From Podarcis tiliguerta (taxonomy: Eukaryota), in assembly GCA_965153285.1 (NCBI GenBank), contig OZ229111.1: DNA of 64,000 bases. One strand, written 5' to 3'. Position 1 is the first letter of the stretch, and each line of letters starts with the position of its first letter. This document shows, in pieces, positions 37,901 to 51,900 of this stretch. The notes beneath the pieces were generated by a model that did no database searches, was not told where the DNA came from, and saw only the letters and a list, made by a program, of their open reading frames with translations. Position numbers and translations under genes: made by a program.

Positions 37901-39924
37901 TTCTGGGAGCTCATGAAAAATAATCACATGGAGTCCGAAACATGGAATTGGTTGTAGAAAGTTGAGCAACACCCAAATGAAGCAAACCGGGCTGGGCCTA
38001 CCATAGGGTAGAATGGGGTGCCTGTATTAGGTAGAAGATATTGTGTGTAGAGTTACACACCACCTGCCCTGCACCTCCTAAGCTGGTTTGCTGCCCTCAA
38101 GTGCAGTGGAGAATGTTGCCCCATCACCAGAGTTGAAATATTCAACTGCCAATCTAGCCAGAGGAATGAAGGGCACACCATTTAATCCATTACACCAGGA
38201 ACCAAAATGTATTGGGTCCACTCTGAAGCCTTGCAGGATACGTTCTAATGTGTTCTAAGTTGTTCTTGTTGAACTCAAACAGAACCTTGATCCCCAGCCT
38301 GAGTATTGTATGAAAGCTTGATGCCGAATTGACTAGGACAGTTGAGAAAGTCATGGACGCTCTATTTTCCTATCCGTCTCATGGCATTTCTGCAGCATGT
38401 CCCCCTACCTAAGATGCTCTCTGCACTTGTGTGTGGGATCAACATCATCTTAGATTGCTACTCCGATATCAAAACATGCCAGAGATGTGATGACCATTTC
38501 TTTCTCGTAGTGTGCTTCCTACTCTCTCTTGCTGTGCTGGGGGCGAGCTCTATCCAGCCTAGTCAACCCCACCTGCTCCAATAGCCTCCAACAAGGTACT
38601 GAAATAGGGATGAGATTAACAGGTATTCTAGATGCCTGAAAAATGTCTCCTCAACTGTTCGGAAACACAGGCAAGGAAGGACAAAGATTGTTGGACCTGG
38701 TTGCATATTGCTAAACCAGCACCCTTGTCACAGTTCCTGATTGGCCAGGAGAAACCAAAGAAGGTTTCCAATAAAAAATCACTGCAGAGTGAAATTCCAA
38801 ATTGACCTTTTCAGTATACACACTCAGTGTGAAAATGCTCTAAAAATAACTTATGTATAAGCTTGTGCTTGCACATATGCAGACACAGTATTTTTTCAGA
38901 TTTATTTCAGGGGATAACAAAAGATCCACAACAATTTGCACAATAATATTTCATCTATATAAATCATCTTGCAAACAGTGATTATTTATTGCTATTATTT
39001 ATGTCAGCTGAGCATCACAGGGCGGTTTACAATATAGAAACACAGAAATATGTAACATAGTAACAAACAGAAGCAATACTTCCCCACGCAGTGACAATAA
39101 TGTAATAGAGCAAGAAAAATAAATTAAAATTTGACAAATATGACGTATATGACATATAATATTCTGATTATCCAAACAGCAAGAGCTTAATTATGTCACT
39201 TCTAGCAGTATGATATTAATGCTAAATATTTTAATTCAAATTATTTCCCAATAGTATGCCATCACTCAGATGCATCTGGAATAGAAAAGGGTTGCATTGC
39301 ATTGCGTTTTCAATCATCTAAGCAGTGGGTTTTTTAATTTTTACTTTTAAAAGGTCCCATTTCCCAAAGAATAATTTGGTTTGCTGCCCCACTTCTCTAA
39401 CACGTCATATTTGTGAGTTTAAGTGAATAACTCAGGCACAGTAATTTTTAATAAGTAGCCAAGGTGCAAAGGATCGTGAAGCAGCATCTGAACGTTTCCA
39501 AGCCGTAAGCGTGCATAAACCTTTTAAATCTTGGTCTTCCCTTCTGACATTCTCCTTTTGGAACTTGCTAGCTTTGCATGGGTTGCTTTTGGCAAAGTCT
39601 CTAGTGAACGGTTTTTGTGTCTGGGCAAGTGAGACAGCGCTCACAGCCTTCACCGTCATTATTAATTGCTGTCCTTCTGTGATTTGTCATTGTTCGTTCC
39701 TCTCTATTCTCTTCCAAACACTTTGGCTTTGGAGTTTGTTTTTGTAAGAGGTAAAGGAAGAAGCTTTTGTAGATTTACATCATCTTGTATGAAGTTGGTG
39801 AGTTTTTTCCTGTTGGAACTAATCTGCCTTTTTTTGAATTAGTTGCTCCCTCCCTTCCTCCCTCCAACTGGAATTTCTGTTCCTTTTCATGGTATTTTCT
39901 CTCACCCACTTTAAAACACACACA

Positions 39925-39980
<56 letters not shown>

Positions 39981-42900
39981 ATAGTCATTCCAGTTCAGTG
40001 CTCCAAATCCCTGTTTCCCCTCCTCTCTATTGTTGTGGTTTTTCTTCCCTTTCTGTTTGTTTAATTTAGCTTGTCTGGCCCAAACAACCCACTGAACTTT
40101 GCTTGAACTTCAGATTCAGCCTGCACAGGTGCTTCTGCTTGCTTATAGGCTGATTAGATCTGGAATACCTTATTTGCTGACAGGGCAAATATAAACAGCA
40201 TTGTGTGTTGGGTTTGCATTTTGACAGCTCTGCTGGAAAAGGAGGTCACAATGATGGGTACCTCATTCTGTGCATGGTAAATTAGTAAACAACATCTGGC
40301 TCTGCCATCTGATTCCTCCCCTTCCCTGTATTTCATTTGCCTCTCATAATCAGGCTGCACTGAAATTGTAGGAAAAGAGAAGATGTGGTAATTGGCACCA
40401 ACTTTGGATGGCTTTAAAAGGAGCTTAGACAAATTCTTGGAGAATCAGGCTATCGATGGATATTGGCCACGATGGCTGTGCTCTACCTCCATATCGGCAG
40501 TGGTATGCCTCCCTATGCCAGTTTCTAGGAATCACACGTGGGAAGAGTGTTGCTGCCCTCAGGTCCTCCTTGTGGGCTTCCCACAGGCACCTGGTTAGCA
40601 GCTTTGAGAACAGGATGTTGCACTAAATGGGCCGTTGGCTTTATCCGGTGGGGCTCTTATGTTAATTGCCTTGAAACACACACACACGGTGTTTCATTCA
40701 TTCATTAATTTTTTTTCTTTCGTATAAATTTAAGCCTTATGTCATCTAATATTTCCCACTTGAACCTGCTGTAGAGAAACAAATACATGCTTTCCTCATT
40801 CAATGCTTTAGAATATACAGATGTTCACTGCTCATCCCCACCCTACCCCACAGTCTGACGCAATTTCAGGTAATGTGCAAGGAGAAATGCATTAAGACAA
40901 ATTTAGTTCATTTATTCATATCTGCTGGTAGCTTTGGAATTTCTGTGCTGCCTCAGGGTTCAATCCCTTGGCACAGCTTGCAAGATAACATAAAGCACTA
41001 CAATAAATATAATATCTAACGGTTAGAAAAGAAATCCTCAACCCTTAAAACATAAAAGCAGACAGCTTCACATTAAAACAAGCATTTTCCTCTAAGCACC
41101 AAAGTCATGGTAAACTTCCAAAACATTTTTTTGTTTTTTTTAAGCTGACCTACTGAACTTCTATGCGAAACGACTTTATTTAACTGTAAGGTTTCCATGC
41201 CCTAAAAATGCTTGCAGCCAGCCAGTTCTGGCTGTGGAAACACCAAGTACAGTGATACAGTGGCACAGAATTCTTGGAAGTATTCACACATGCATCAAGA
41301 AATTCACTGGGTGGCAGATACACCTTCATACTTTCTGTCTAGGGTTCCCTAGTCATGATAGTTTGCATTGGCCATGCACATGTTTTCCAGCAGATCTACT
41401 TACCAATGTGCCCTGGGTTCTTCTTATCTCCCCATTTGGAGTGGCACATAACTCAGACCTGTGCACAGAGGAAAAACTGCACCTGCGTTTCCCCCAGTGG
41501 TGCAGGTGCTGAAAGATGAAGCTAATGCAGCGTACTGAAATTCTTTGCATTTGTTATCTGTTTCAGATGCTGCTCCATGTGATCTTTTTACTGGAATAAC
41601 TGCTTTCATTTTGTAGCCAAGGTCAATTTATCTTAAGATGCTTTCTTGAATACTGGTGGGGGTGCTTTTGCAGCTAATGGCATGTGGCTTTTGGTCCCTA
41701 ACTTAGTAATACCGTCTCATTTTTTTAAAGGGAAGGGTGGAGTCAGACTTGGAAGGAAACCTTAGCACAACTCTGAAGTTCTTGTGGGATGACGAATAAG
41801 CAGAAGAGAGCACTGTCTGTATTATCTGGGGAGTCAACAATGCACCCTGTGTCTTATTTCTGGCCTGTCTCCAGATACTAAGTTGATGACTGAATAAGAA
41901 TAAAGAGAACTATTTTCCTTTATTATGCTACCCTTGCCATGCATTCGAACAGGCACCAACTTCCCAAAAAAGATATTTAAATGGTTCTGCCTTATATATT
42001 TTGTTTAAAAATAACCATTGAGATTTCTGATGAAAATATAGCACTGTACACTTGAATTAGGGAAAGGGGGGGGGGGCATGCTCAACGTTATTTCCTGGCC
42101 TCTCCTCCTTCATGTGTTCATTTCATTTGGCTGTTTAATGCACATAGGCTCTCTCCACTTCAGACGTGGCGTCTGAGTTTAGAGGTCCTTTGCAATGCCC
42201 TGAACCTGGTTCCAGCCTGGTCCCCAACCTGATGCTGTTGTGCGTTGCCACCATCATACATCACCACTGCCACCCATCATTCACCTGCCTCTGGACCGGA
42301 TGTGTTTCCTAGGTCAGTGGTGGTATCTGCTGCCGCCACCACTTTTGAATCAGATTTTCTGGTGCTTGGCTTTGATCCATGGTGGCTGCTTGCCATTTTA
42401 GATTACCTCAAATGCAACACCCAAGCTTGACATCTGGTTGAGGATGTTTGCATTATGGGTAACCAGACAATGTGGGTTATACTGAAGCCAAAGTGAAACA
42501 TAGGAATAAAATCTAGATGTGCTAAACTTCTTTCTTATTTGGATTTCTGCAGGTGATTACAGGACTGAGCAGATATTTCTCGGACAATCCCACATTAAAA
42601 TCAGTTTGCTTTCCAAGCTCCCTACGTTAGAATTGGTGCCGTGTTTTATTTTTCCCTTTGGTGTGGGTGTGGCTGATATTAGGGTGGGAGTTGTGACTGG
42701 ACTTCTCTGGAAATAGGAGGCTTTCTTCCTGGTAATAGATGCTTCTGGCTCAGAAAACTCTTTTGTTGGGGCTACAAAATTAAGCTGCCAAATAGCAGAG
42801 GCTGGCCTTGGTGGTGGTGGTGGGAGGCGGAGAGAGTGGCCTGGAACATATAAACTTGGCCCTCAGACAAGACAAAAACAGAGCTGATAAGATGAAGCCA

Positions 42901-45900
42901 GCAGTTTAGGAATGATTTCACCAAGGTTGCCAGGTGTCTTGTATTCAGAAAAGGAGAGTTGCTATTTTGGACTTGCACCTTCACTGCTCTGTGTTGTGCC
43001 AGCATCCTTCTGCTGGGCTGCCATCCAAGGTTGGCTGCCTTTTTCTGACAGAATGCCAAGTCTGTCTGGGTGTCAGATATAAAAATCAACCCTCTGATAG
43101 TGAGGATTTGCTCATGGGCTGACTTCAGTGTTATTTATTTATTTATTTGTGCTGCCAAAGGCAAAGCACTCTTCCATCTCCATGTAAACAAAACATTTCC
43201 AATGATTATCTCCACAGAGTTTCCATTCCTTAAAATAATGCCACAATATGCCAGCAATGGAACTTGTAATGTAAGTCTGTGGCCAAACATTGAGCAACTA
43301 CCTGATTTATATCCTGATAAATATACCATTGCCTTCATAGTCTAGAAAACTATTTGGCCTATAAAGATCAGATCACTTGCCGCCGCACTGGTGTAAAATG
43401 TACTTGTTTCCAGTGTATAAACTTGTTAAAGGAATTCCTGCTTTGTGCTATTTAACAATGCCATCTATCTATTTATGCATGCCTTGCTCATCCTAACCTG
43501 GTTGAGGATTTATTTGAAAGAAGAAAAGGGAAGAGTAGTAAAATTAGTAATGGTCTCAGTTTTAGACCTGTTAGATGATTGATACACCCCCCCCAAAAAA
43601 GATGCCTGTTTCTCAGCTCAGTCAGTTAAACATGCTAGAAAAGCAACATTCCTATAAAAACGCTTTGGGTAGGAGCCAAGTTGGTCTTCTGTCATCATCA
43701 TCAGAGAGAGAAAGCACTAAATAATTCATTGTAGTATGTTACTCTCTTAAAACCCTTTTTGTCTTCCAAGTTTTTTTAGATGCTGTTCTAAATGCAACTT
43801 CTATCCATCTTGCTCTATTCCTTAGAGAGATACCAGAGAACACTTTCAGGGCTAGCTGTACTGGCAGTGGAGTGGAGTGGAGTGGGGAAATGCTCCGTGC
43901 AAAGTCTCCTGAAAGATTTGCATTTCTCACCTTCTATGTGAGAGACAAAACTTTGCAGACAGACCCTGTTCTTACTACTTCTCCCATCCCCTATCTGGTA
44001 CCGTCCAAATGTTTTAGACTACAACTCCCATGAGCTCCAGCCAGCATGGCAGCAAAGCTGTATGGGAAAACAGGATCAAGCTTTTCAGGGAAGAACTCCA
44101 CAGAGCCTCTTCAGATTTTGTGGGAAATGCCTAAAATTTCTTTTTAATAGCCTCTTGTGTTTTGGATAAATATTCAATCACTTCCCTGGGTTTGCCCCCC
44201 CCAAAAAAGTGGGTTTTGCCATGGGGGGGCGGGGGCGGCTGCGAATCCCCAGAACAGCACATGGGGGAAGGAAAGGGGAGATTATTCTATCTGGCTAGCT
44301 GAAATGCTTGCTTTGACATAAATATTGCTGTGCCTCCCTAAATATTACCCTGATGCCACCTTCAACACTGCCATTATAGCCAGTCTTAAATGTATCTTAT
44401 ATAGATACATTATACAGAGATCTTGGTCAGGTGGAGTAGCTGTGTGTAAGAACACTGGTATGTGTGGAGGGCACCTTCTCATGGTCACTGATTGTGTGGC
44501 TGGGGGAAGGAGGGAACGGCTGGTGAATGCACTGGTGGCAGAAAGCTGGGGGTATCCCTGCCCACACCCACATGTAACTTTAATATGTAAAAGACATTGT
44601 GTCCTGTCCCTTCCCTTCTTGTGTCACAGTCTTCATTCTGCCCACTTCCTTCCAGCACACATCTAATATTGGCAAAGCAGCATACCAGTGGCAAGATCCA
44701 AATGGCCCACTGCAACACATGTAGAAAGGATGCGTGTGCAGAATAGCCCTGCCCTACGGACACTTACTAATGTATGCATTTGGGTTCCTCTTCATGAGAG
44801 GGGAGCCAGATTAGACCTGTCCAATTTGTGAACCCCACTCTTCATAGGCAATGGCAGGATGTATACATGGATGGCATCAACCAGCATGGGTCCACGATGC
44901 TCCTTACACATTCTTTCATCATGTTCAGAGGATGGGGGGCGGGCGTTGCGTGACCTCTCTTTTATTCCCTCACTTTCATAGACAGCTATCCTTTGCTTTT
45001 TTGAACAGAAGTCATAGTGTGACTGTGGGCTGTCTTCCCCTGTCTGTTGCTGGTGGTGCAGCCTGTAAGCAAGGGTCCTGTAAACCCATGAAAAATAGAG
45101 GATCAATCCATTGGTCCTTAAGAACATCAGTCAGCCCCTTCAGGGTGACACGTAGGCTAAAGCTGCCTGTTTTCTATCGATTGGGAAGAGGACATTCTAT
45201 ATATAGACCAACCATCTTCTCTTTCAGGCACATGCAATTGTGGCAAACATCAACATAGGGTCAGCTTGCAAGTTCACAAGGCTTTTGCAGTTCATAGCCG
45301 GAAATAGAAGTATCGTCTCACTTTCTGTTTTCTGCTTCATTAGCTTGGATACATTAATTGGAGCGGAAGTGTGTCTCTTGTATAGCAGATTGGAGCTGTT
45401 GGTAGATTTGTGAACTAAAGGACAATTGATGTTAAACTCTGGTATTTCGTAAATAATGATTGTTTCTTCCAGGAACACTTCATTTCTTCCTATTAGCTCT
45501 TGTTTTCCACTTTGCTTTTCAATTTTGAGTCCTACTCACCACCACCACAGCTCCCTTAGAGAGTATGTGAGGGTTCTAGAAATTAGTTCATACAAAGTAG
45601 AAAAGCTAGATGATGTTTTGCGTCACTTCATTTTATCTGAAATGAAATGAAATGAACAAAGCTAGGATTCCCTGCTTCCTCTGGAAGCATCTGTAAAACA
45701 AAGCTGAGATGTTGACCTGATTGGTGCCTCAGTGGCAGACCATTGTAGGCCCTGAACTTCCAATCAATCAATAATTCTGTTTAATTCTTTGCTAGTTTTG
45801 ACAGGGTTCATATAATAGATGTTTAAATGACCAAACTATGTAAAGTTTGCTAATAGTCAGGTGTGAATGATGAATAGGAGCTAACTGATTGGACGCTGTG

Positions 45901-48900
45901 CCTCTGCATTTTGAAGGTGGCACCCTTGAGCTAGTCAGGGGCACAGGAATTAAAATGGGGAAAGAGATCTGGGAGCTTTTTGAAGTGGAGCTCAGCTGGA
46001 CTGTGGAGCAGCTTGTGGCGGAATGAGAGGAAGGAGTGATGGTTCAAGCAGTTGCTGTCTTTTGGAATCTGAGGCAGGACCAGCTTCTGCTATGTTCTGC
46101 TGGTATGTTTGTAAATAAAACAAATATTACAGAGACTCACTAAGTCTCCAGTGTGCTCTCTTCCAAAGAAAACTAAACTCTGTAGTGCTATTCTTGGACT
46201 TCTCACCGCTTGGGTTGATGGAGAATGCTTAACAATATAAATGTTATGCCTTGGAAGAAAATGCTTTTGCTGACAGCAGCCTTTTCTATTTCCTACTGTG
46301 TCCTTCCACCAGCTTTCCAAAGCTGAACAAGTAATTTCTTTCTGCCTTCTTTGAAAAGGAATCTGTAGTCTTTTTTTGTATTGCATTATGATTATTCAAA
46401 GCTAAATATTTTGCTTGTGTTCTGAGATTGGGCTTCAAAGGCAGAATGGATATCTTTTGTCTGAGTATATTTCTCATTTCGAAAAGGTTAGTTGACAGTA
46501 GAAATAGTCCCATATCTAGATATTAAAGTTAAATTTTACCACATATTCCAACTGTATATAATTTCAAACTTCATGAAGTACTAAAAGCTAAAAATCTGGA
46601 AATGCAAATCTTACATTCTTTTTAACACACATGCATACACAGATATTAAATGGTGATATTGAAAATACTTAACCTTTTTGGTTTTGCTCATATGTACAAT
46701 AAAAAGGAAAATGTAACTAAAAAGAACAGAACAGTATGAACTCTGCTCTTCCCAAGTGCAACAAATAGCTAATATTATTTTTGTGAGAACTTGTGTTAAG
46801 CTGAATGATGGACATCTGCCCACAGGCTATGCTAGCTGGGGGGAATGGGAATTGGAGTTCTTCTACATCCTTGGCATAAATGTTCTTGATGTGTAATAGC
46901 TGACTTGTAAAAGCACAACCTGATTTAATAAGTCGTTTGAGCAAGTTTGTAGAAGTTAGAAAATAGGACTCCAGAATAACCATTGTCCAGACCAATGGTC
47001 CATCAAGCTTAGTATTGTCTATGCTACTCTGACTGGCAATGATCAGTGTCAGCCCTGCCATGAGGCAGCTGCCTCAGGTGGCAAATTTAGAGGGGTGGAA
47101 AGTGTCTGGAAAGGTATGCCCTGTGGTCTGCCCTGCAACCCCTAGCTAGCTTGCTGCCCTAGCATGGCTGGCACACCAATGAGGTGAGCAGAAAGCATCG
47201 GTGGCACATCTTGCCTCAAGCTTCAAAAGGTCTTGAGCCAGCCCTGGCAATGGCTATCCTAGCCCTCCCTGGAGATGCCAAGGATTGAAGTGGGGTCCTC
47301 TTGCATGTAAATAATGTACTCCCAACACTGAGCTATGACTCTTCCTGTTTGCGGGGAGGAAATTAACCTATACTACACTCATTGTCTGCAAACATTATTT
47401 CCCTAGCCTTGTCTCTTATCTCTGAGTCAATTGGGAGACTGCTTTAGGCATGCCTGTGTTTGGACAGGTCAGTTTTCTTTTGAACCTTTTAGATGGTGAG
47501 GGATGGTAAAAGTAAACAATGAGCAAATAAGAAGTACAAAAAAAATCTAAAGGCACTGTCCTCAAGGCAGGGAGGTGCAGATTTTCCCTCTCTTAGTTTT
47601 GCCATGGGTTCTGAGGAAAACATGTGAGGGAGACAGATCTTTGGTGTGTGTGCTGTGAATTCATGTTTTCACGTCTGTAGAACTGTGAGTGTGAATGATT
47701 GTCTATATTCGTGATGGTAGAGTTGAGGGCTGATAATCTTGTTAGGGCTTTGGATAGTCCTGGCCACATATTGAATGTATCCATACTTGTAGTTTCTTTA
47801 TTCTCTGCAGTAATCTGGCAGTTTTGCTTTAGACTTATTAACACCATGCTACAATTTTATAGGGCAGAATACCGAGCTAGGTTCCTATAACCAACGAGAG
47901 CAATTAACCAGCAAAAATAGCTTAACCATTGGCAAAGTTAACAACTGTGGTGGCATTCTTGCTCTGCAAAAGTGCATTTGTGATGGAGAAATGTTGTAAC
48001 TTGAAAAACACTGCTGTTCACTCTGAGAGGCAGCTGAACTTTTATGGGTCTTGTGGTTTCTTTAGTGCTCTGAGCCATAAAATGTGATTGTGGTCGAAAT
48101 AGCCACATCAAACTGTTCAGATGGGAAAGATGGCTTTCAGGGTGCTGCATGTGGTCTAGTGGCGCTTGCCATGTGCTCCTAGTTTCATTAGGAATGATGC
48201 TTCCCAAGGGACCTACTTTATTCATGTTTTTTGGAAACTTGCGGCACCTGAAAATATAACTGCAACTGCATGCTTAGAATTCTTAGAACAAAAGCAATTA
48301 GCCTTACATTTATTTTTCACCAAAGGCTAGTTCCTGTGATTACTTCCTGGGCTTAGATTTTGTCTTGGGTGATTCAGTTTTTTTCCTCTCATCCATATTT
48401 AGCGAGGGCTGTTGAAGTCTCTGGAGTGTCCCAACTCATGCCCATGTACTAGTTTAACAAGCCACTGCAAACACTTTGAAACAGTATTTTTCCTACTGGT
48501 TTGCTGTGTCCAGCATCTTCATAGGCAACTGCTGTGGCTCAAAAAAGGGACAGTCCTTATTCACTTAATGAGCCAGATGCTAAATAATTTTTTCTAGTAT
48601 CCAACTGTTCATTTCATTATGTAGTTATGGTAAGTAAGCCCTAAATCAGCAGTCTCTTTGAGGAGCCCCTGTTAAAGATTTTTCCCCTCATCAATGTGGA
48701 AAAAGTGCATTGTTCACAATCTCATCCTATACCATACTGCATCCACCAAACCACTTTTCACCACTTTTATGTAAACAATGTGGATTGTTTATGTTAATTC
48801 ATCACCACGGTTGCCATTTAATGTTGTTTTGTTGTAAAGTGGTATAAGAGACACCCCCCCCCATTTTAATCTCTCTATATTTCTTGTCTAAATGGGAGAT

Positions 48901-51900
48901 AACAATCCATGCTTCTGGTTGCAAGACTTTTCTAGGCATGCTGCATAGGCGATTTTATGATGAGTGGTATTATATTAGGGTATATCTAGGGTACAAATAT
49001 TGCAAAAATGTAAATGCTTTCTTCTTTACTTTCTAGGTCTATAACTCGAACAAAGACAGCCAAAGTGAAGGCAGTAAGTAGCTTATTTTTCATCCAAGAC
49101 TGTGTGTTTGAGGAAGTGGTTTGTAGAACTGCATCCCTGTCTCTTATAACCCAGTAGGTGGCTCTCCAAGTAGTAAAAGCAACAAGTGATTATATTGCTT
49201 TAGTCATCAGACAGATTTTGGCCATCACATATGTTGAAACTTTAAAAGTTCTGATCATTTAGCAGTTTTTTTAAAGCAATACAAAAACGGTAAAAGGTGA
49301 CAATTATTGTGCGGCCCAGAGCATAGTGAAATGCTTAAATATCAAACCAAAGAGCAATATGGTTTAAGATGTTGTGAGGCACTGTGAGTACTGGATGGAG
49401 CCCAAGAGCTGCAGAGTCATTCTGGAGCTGGCTCTGTGGCAAATTCTTTGTTTCCTTTGGCAAGTTACTTAACGGCCTTTTGTCTCGGTGTACACAAACC
49501 CAGGCGCAGAAGTTTTGCAGAAGGGAAGCAAGAAGGAGAACTAAAAAAATTTCCGAATCTCAGTTCCTTGTTTTACCTTCCTTAAACGATAATTAATAGA
49601 AATTCAGTATTTTGTGCTTAAAAGGAGTTGGTCAAAACCTCCAGCCAGCCCCAGGATTTTAGTCAAGCAGATGAACTGTTGGGATGAAAGACTCTTTTGT
49701 ACACTGAAGTAGCGCTATTTAAATATTTTCATCCTTTGACTCCAAGTGGTTGGACAAAGCAAAGTGCCTGGAGCACTTTTGCTGGCTGTCCCAAGCCTCT
49801 TCCCACTGCTGTCCAAAATCCAGCATGTTTCTAAGCAGCCCAACCTGCTTGCAAATGTCTGCTTGGCTCAGTCTCTCTCTCTCTGCCTTCCCCCACCCTG
49901 CATTACTATGTGCAATGATGCTGCAGCAAAGCTCTTGTTTATCCTACAAGTGAATTACAAAGTTGTTTTGGGTTTTGATTCCTATATATGTATGTGTTCA
50001 GCTTCGGGATATTTGATGAGTGATGGTCCTCTTTTTAAATATGAAGTTCAGGAATATTTGGAAAGACCAACAAGAGGGGGAGTCCTCTTGTCTTTTTTTT
50101 TTTTTTTAGAGGCAGGCAGCATCCAGTCAAAAGCCTTGTGAGATCATCTTTCCTTTTCTTCCTAAGGGATCCCGACTGGTGGTGTGTCTATTTATAAATA
50201 GAATGTTGCCCCCAGTAAATTTGAGAGGCAGCATAACTCCTTCAGCTGTTAGGTCACTCTGGCTGGCGGAATACTATACAGTAGCTCAGCTTCCCTTCTT
50301 ATCTGCTATTGATAAATGGCACGTAATTTTAAATCCACACTTTCCTCCCCTAGATTTCTTCACTCCTCCTCAGCACAAGATTTACATACCTGTCATCTCT
50401 TTAATAGAACCAGCGAGTGATACAAGATGCTGCAATTAGAGGGAATTACACCTTTGTAGGCTGTGAGATTCTGTCAACTTAGTCTTCCCGTCCCCTCCTC
50501 CCTCCAAGTGATCTATTCACTGCCGCTTGTATTGACTAAGAATGCTGAATTATATATAATAGAGGGATTTGGTATGAAACATATTACCAACTGGTTTTCT
50601 TAAAAAAATAAGAAGAATGTAGCAGCATTGTGATTTCTTTCGCTACGTAGAGATCTGCTGCTGTCATAAGTATATAAACACATAGAAAGTGCCATGCTTG
50701 GCATTTATTTCACATAACCCCCCCCCCCCCACTCAAAAAGGCTCACAGAGTAACTTAAAAAACAAGGTGGTCCTTGTTTTCAGCCTTACAATCTAAAAGA
50801 CATGCTACACAAGGAAAAGGACTGGCAAGGAAGGAGGAAAAGCAAACTCAGGCACCAGGTTCTAAAGTTACAGGGGTTTTTTTAAAATAAGGACCAGCTA
50901 AGATGAACAAGTCAGCTAGCCTGATGTAATGGCTGCCTCTAGGCGACAGTTTAAGGAGGCCCAAAGGCTGAGGAAATGGAATAGTCTTGCTTAATCTCTG
51001 TTATACAGTAGTATATTTTTTGATAAGGCTGTTTAGGGACTAGCTTCCCCATAATGTCTGTCTAGTCACCATGTCACACAATTTAAGATTTATCCTGAAT
51101 CTGAAAGGACTTTTTATCTAAGGTCTGGGCTTGGAATATCCTGAGGCAGACCAGCTAAGTGTCATAACACACCTCTGAAGGCTAAGCATTGTGGAGTTCT
51201 CCACAACTCAAATATTTATTTAAATAATGTGTTTTTGCCCTTGGTGAGAAGAGGATGGACTTCTCAGGAAATGCAAAATTTGTTTTAATTAAGATGTGGT
51301 ACTCTTGCCAGTTGGCCCCTATTCATTCATAAGAGATGGATTTATGATGAAATAATAGGTGTTGTCTGCATCAGACAAGAAACTGATTCCAAAATTAATT
51401 AGGGCATTTGCAAACTGTTGCTTGCACTGGCTTGCTCCATAAGGGCATTTCCTGATTTAGCACAATGATGCAGTCATTGCTCAGAGCAAAGTCAAATCAC
51501 AAACACAGTTCTGGAGCATGTGCAGGCTTCCAGTTGTCCTGAGCTACTTGCTAGCAACATGGGTCCCAAAATGCTCAGTTTTTTTGCCAAGTAGCATTCT
51601 TGTATGAGGAAGCCATCCTTAACATCTGATGCTTAGCTAATGTATTTTTTACCCTGTATTCCTGCACCAATAGTGCAAACATATAGAATGGACCACAGTT
51701 GCCTGTGTTAAGTTCTGAAGCCCCAGTGTAATTGGAATGTTCAGAAGCTGCAGCAGAACTGGTTTTTAGCCTTAAACTTGATGTGTGTCTGTATTGCTGC
51801 ATCCACATTCACACACAGGCAATGTATTCTTGTCATCATGGAGGGAATAAAGCATTGGTTATATTTCCTGTTGGCTCAGATATTTTTCTGTGCAGTGGAA

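Noticed and set aside
48150-48168. GGTCTAGTGGCGC as a CTCF site
   Set aside because: Lacks the 5' CC and the correct spacing of the core; weak match.
29556-49036. Nested protein-coding gene in the 19.5-kb intron 11
   Set aside because: No ORF or exon chain with recognisable protein similarity on either strand; small or non-coding exons cannot be excluded by eye.
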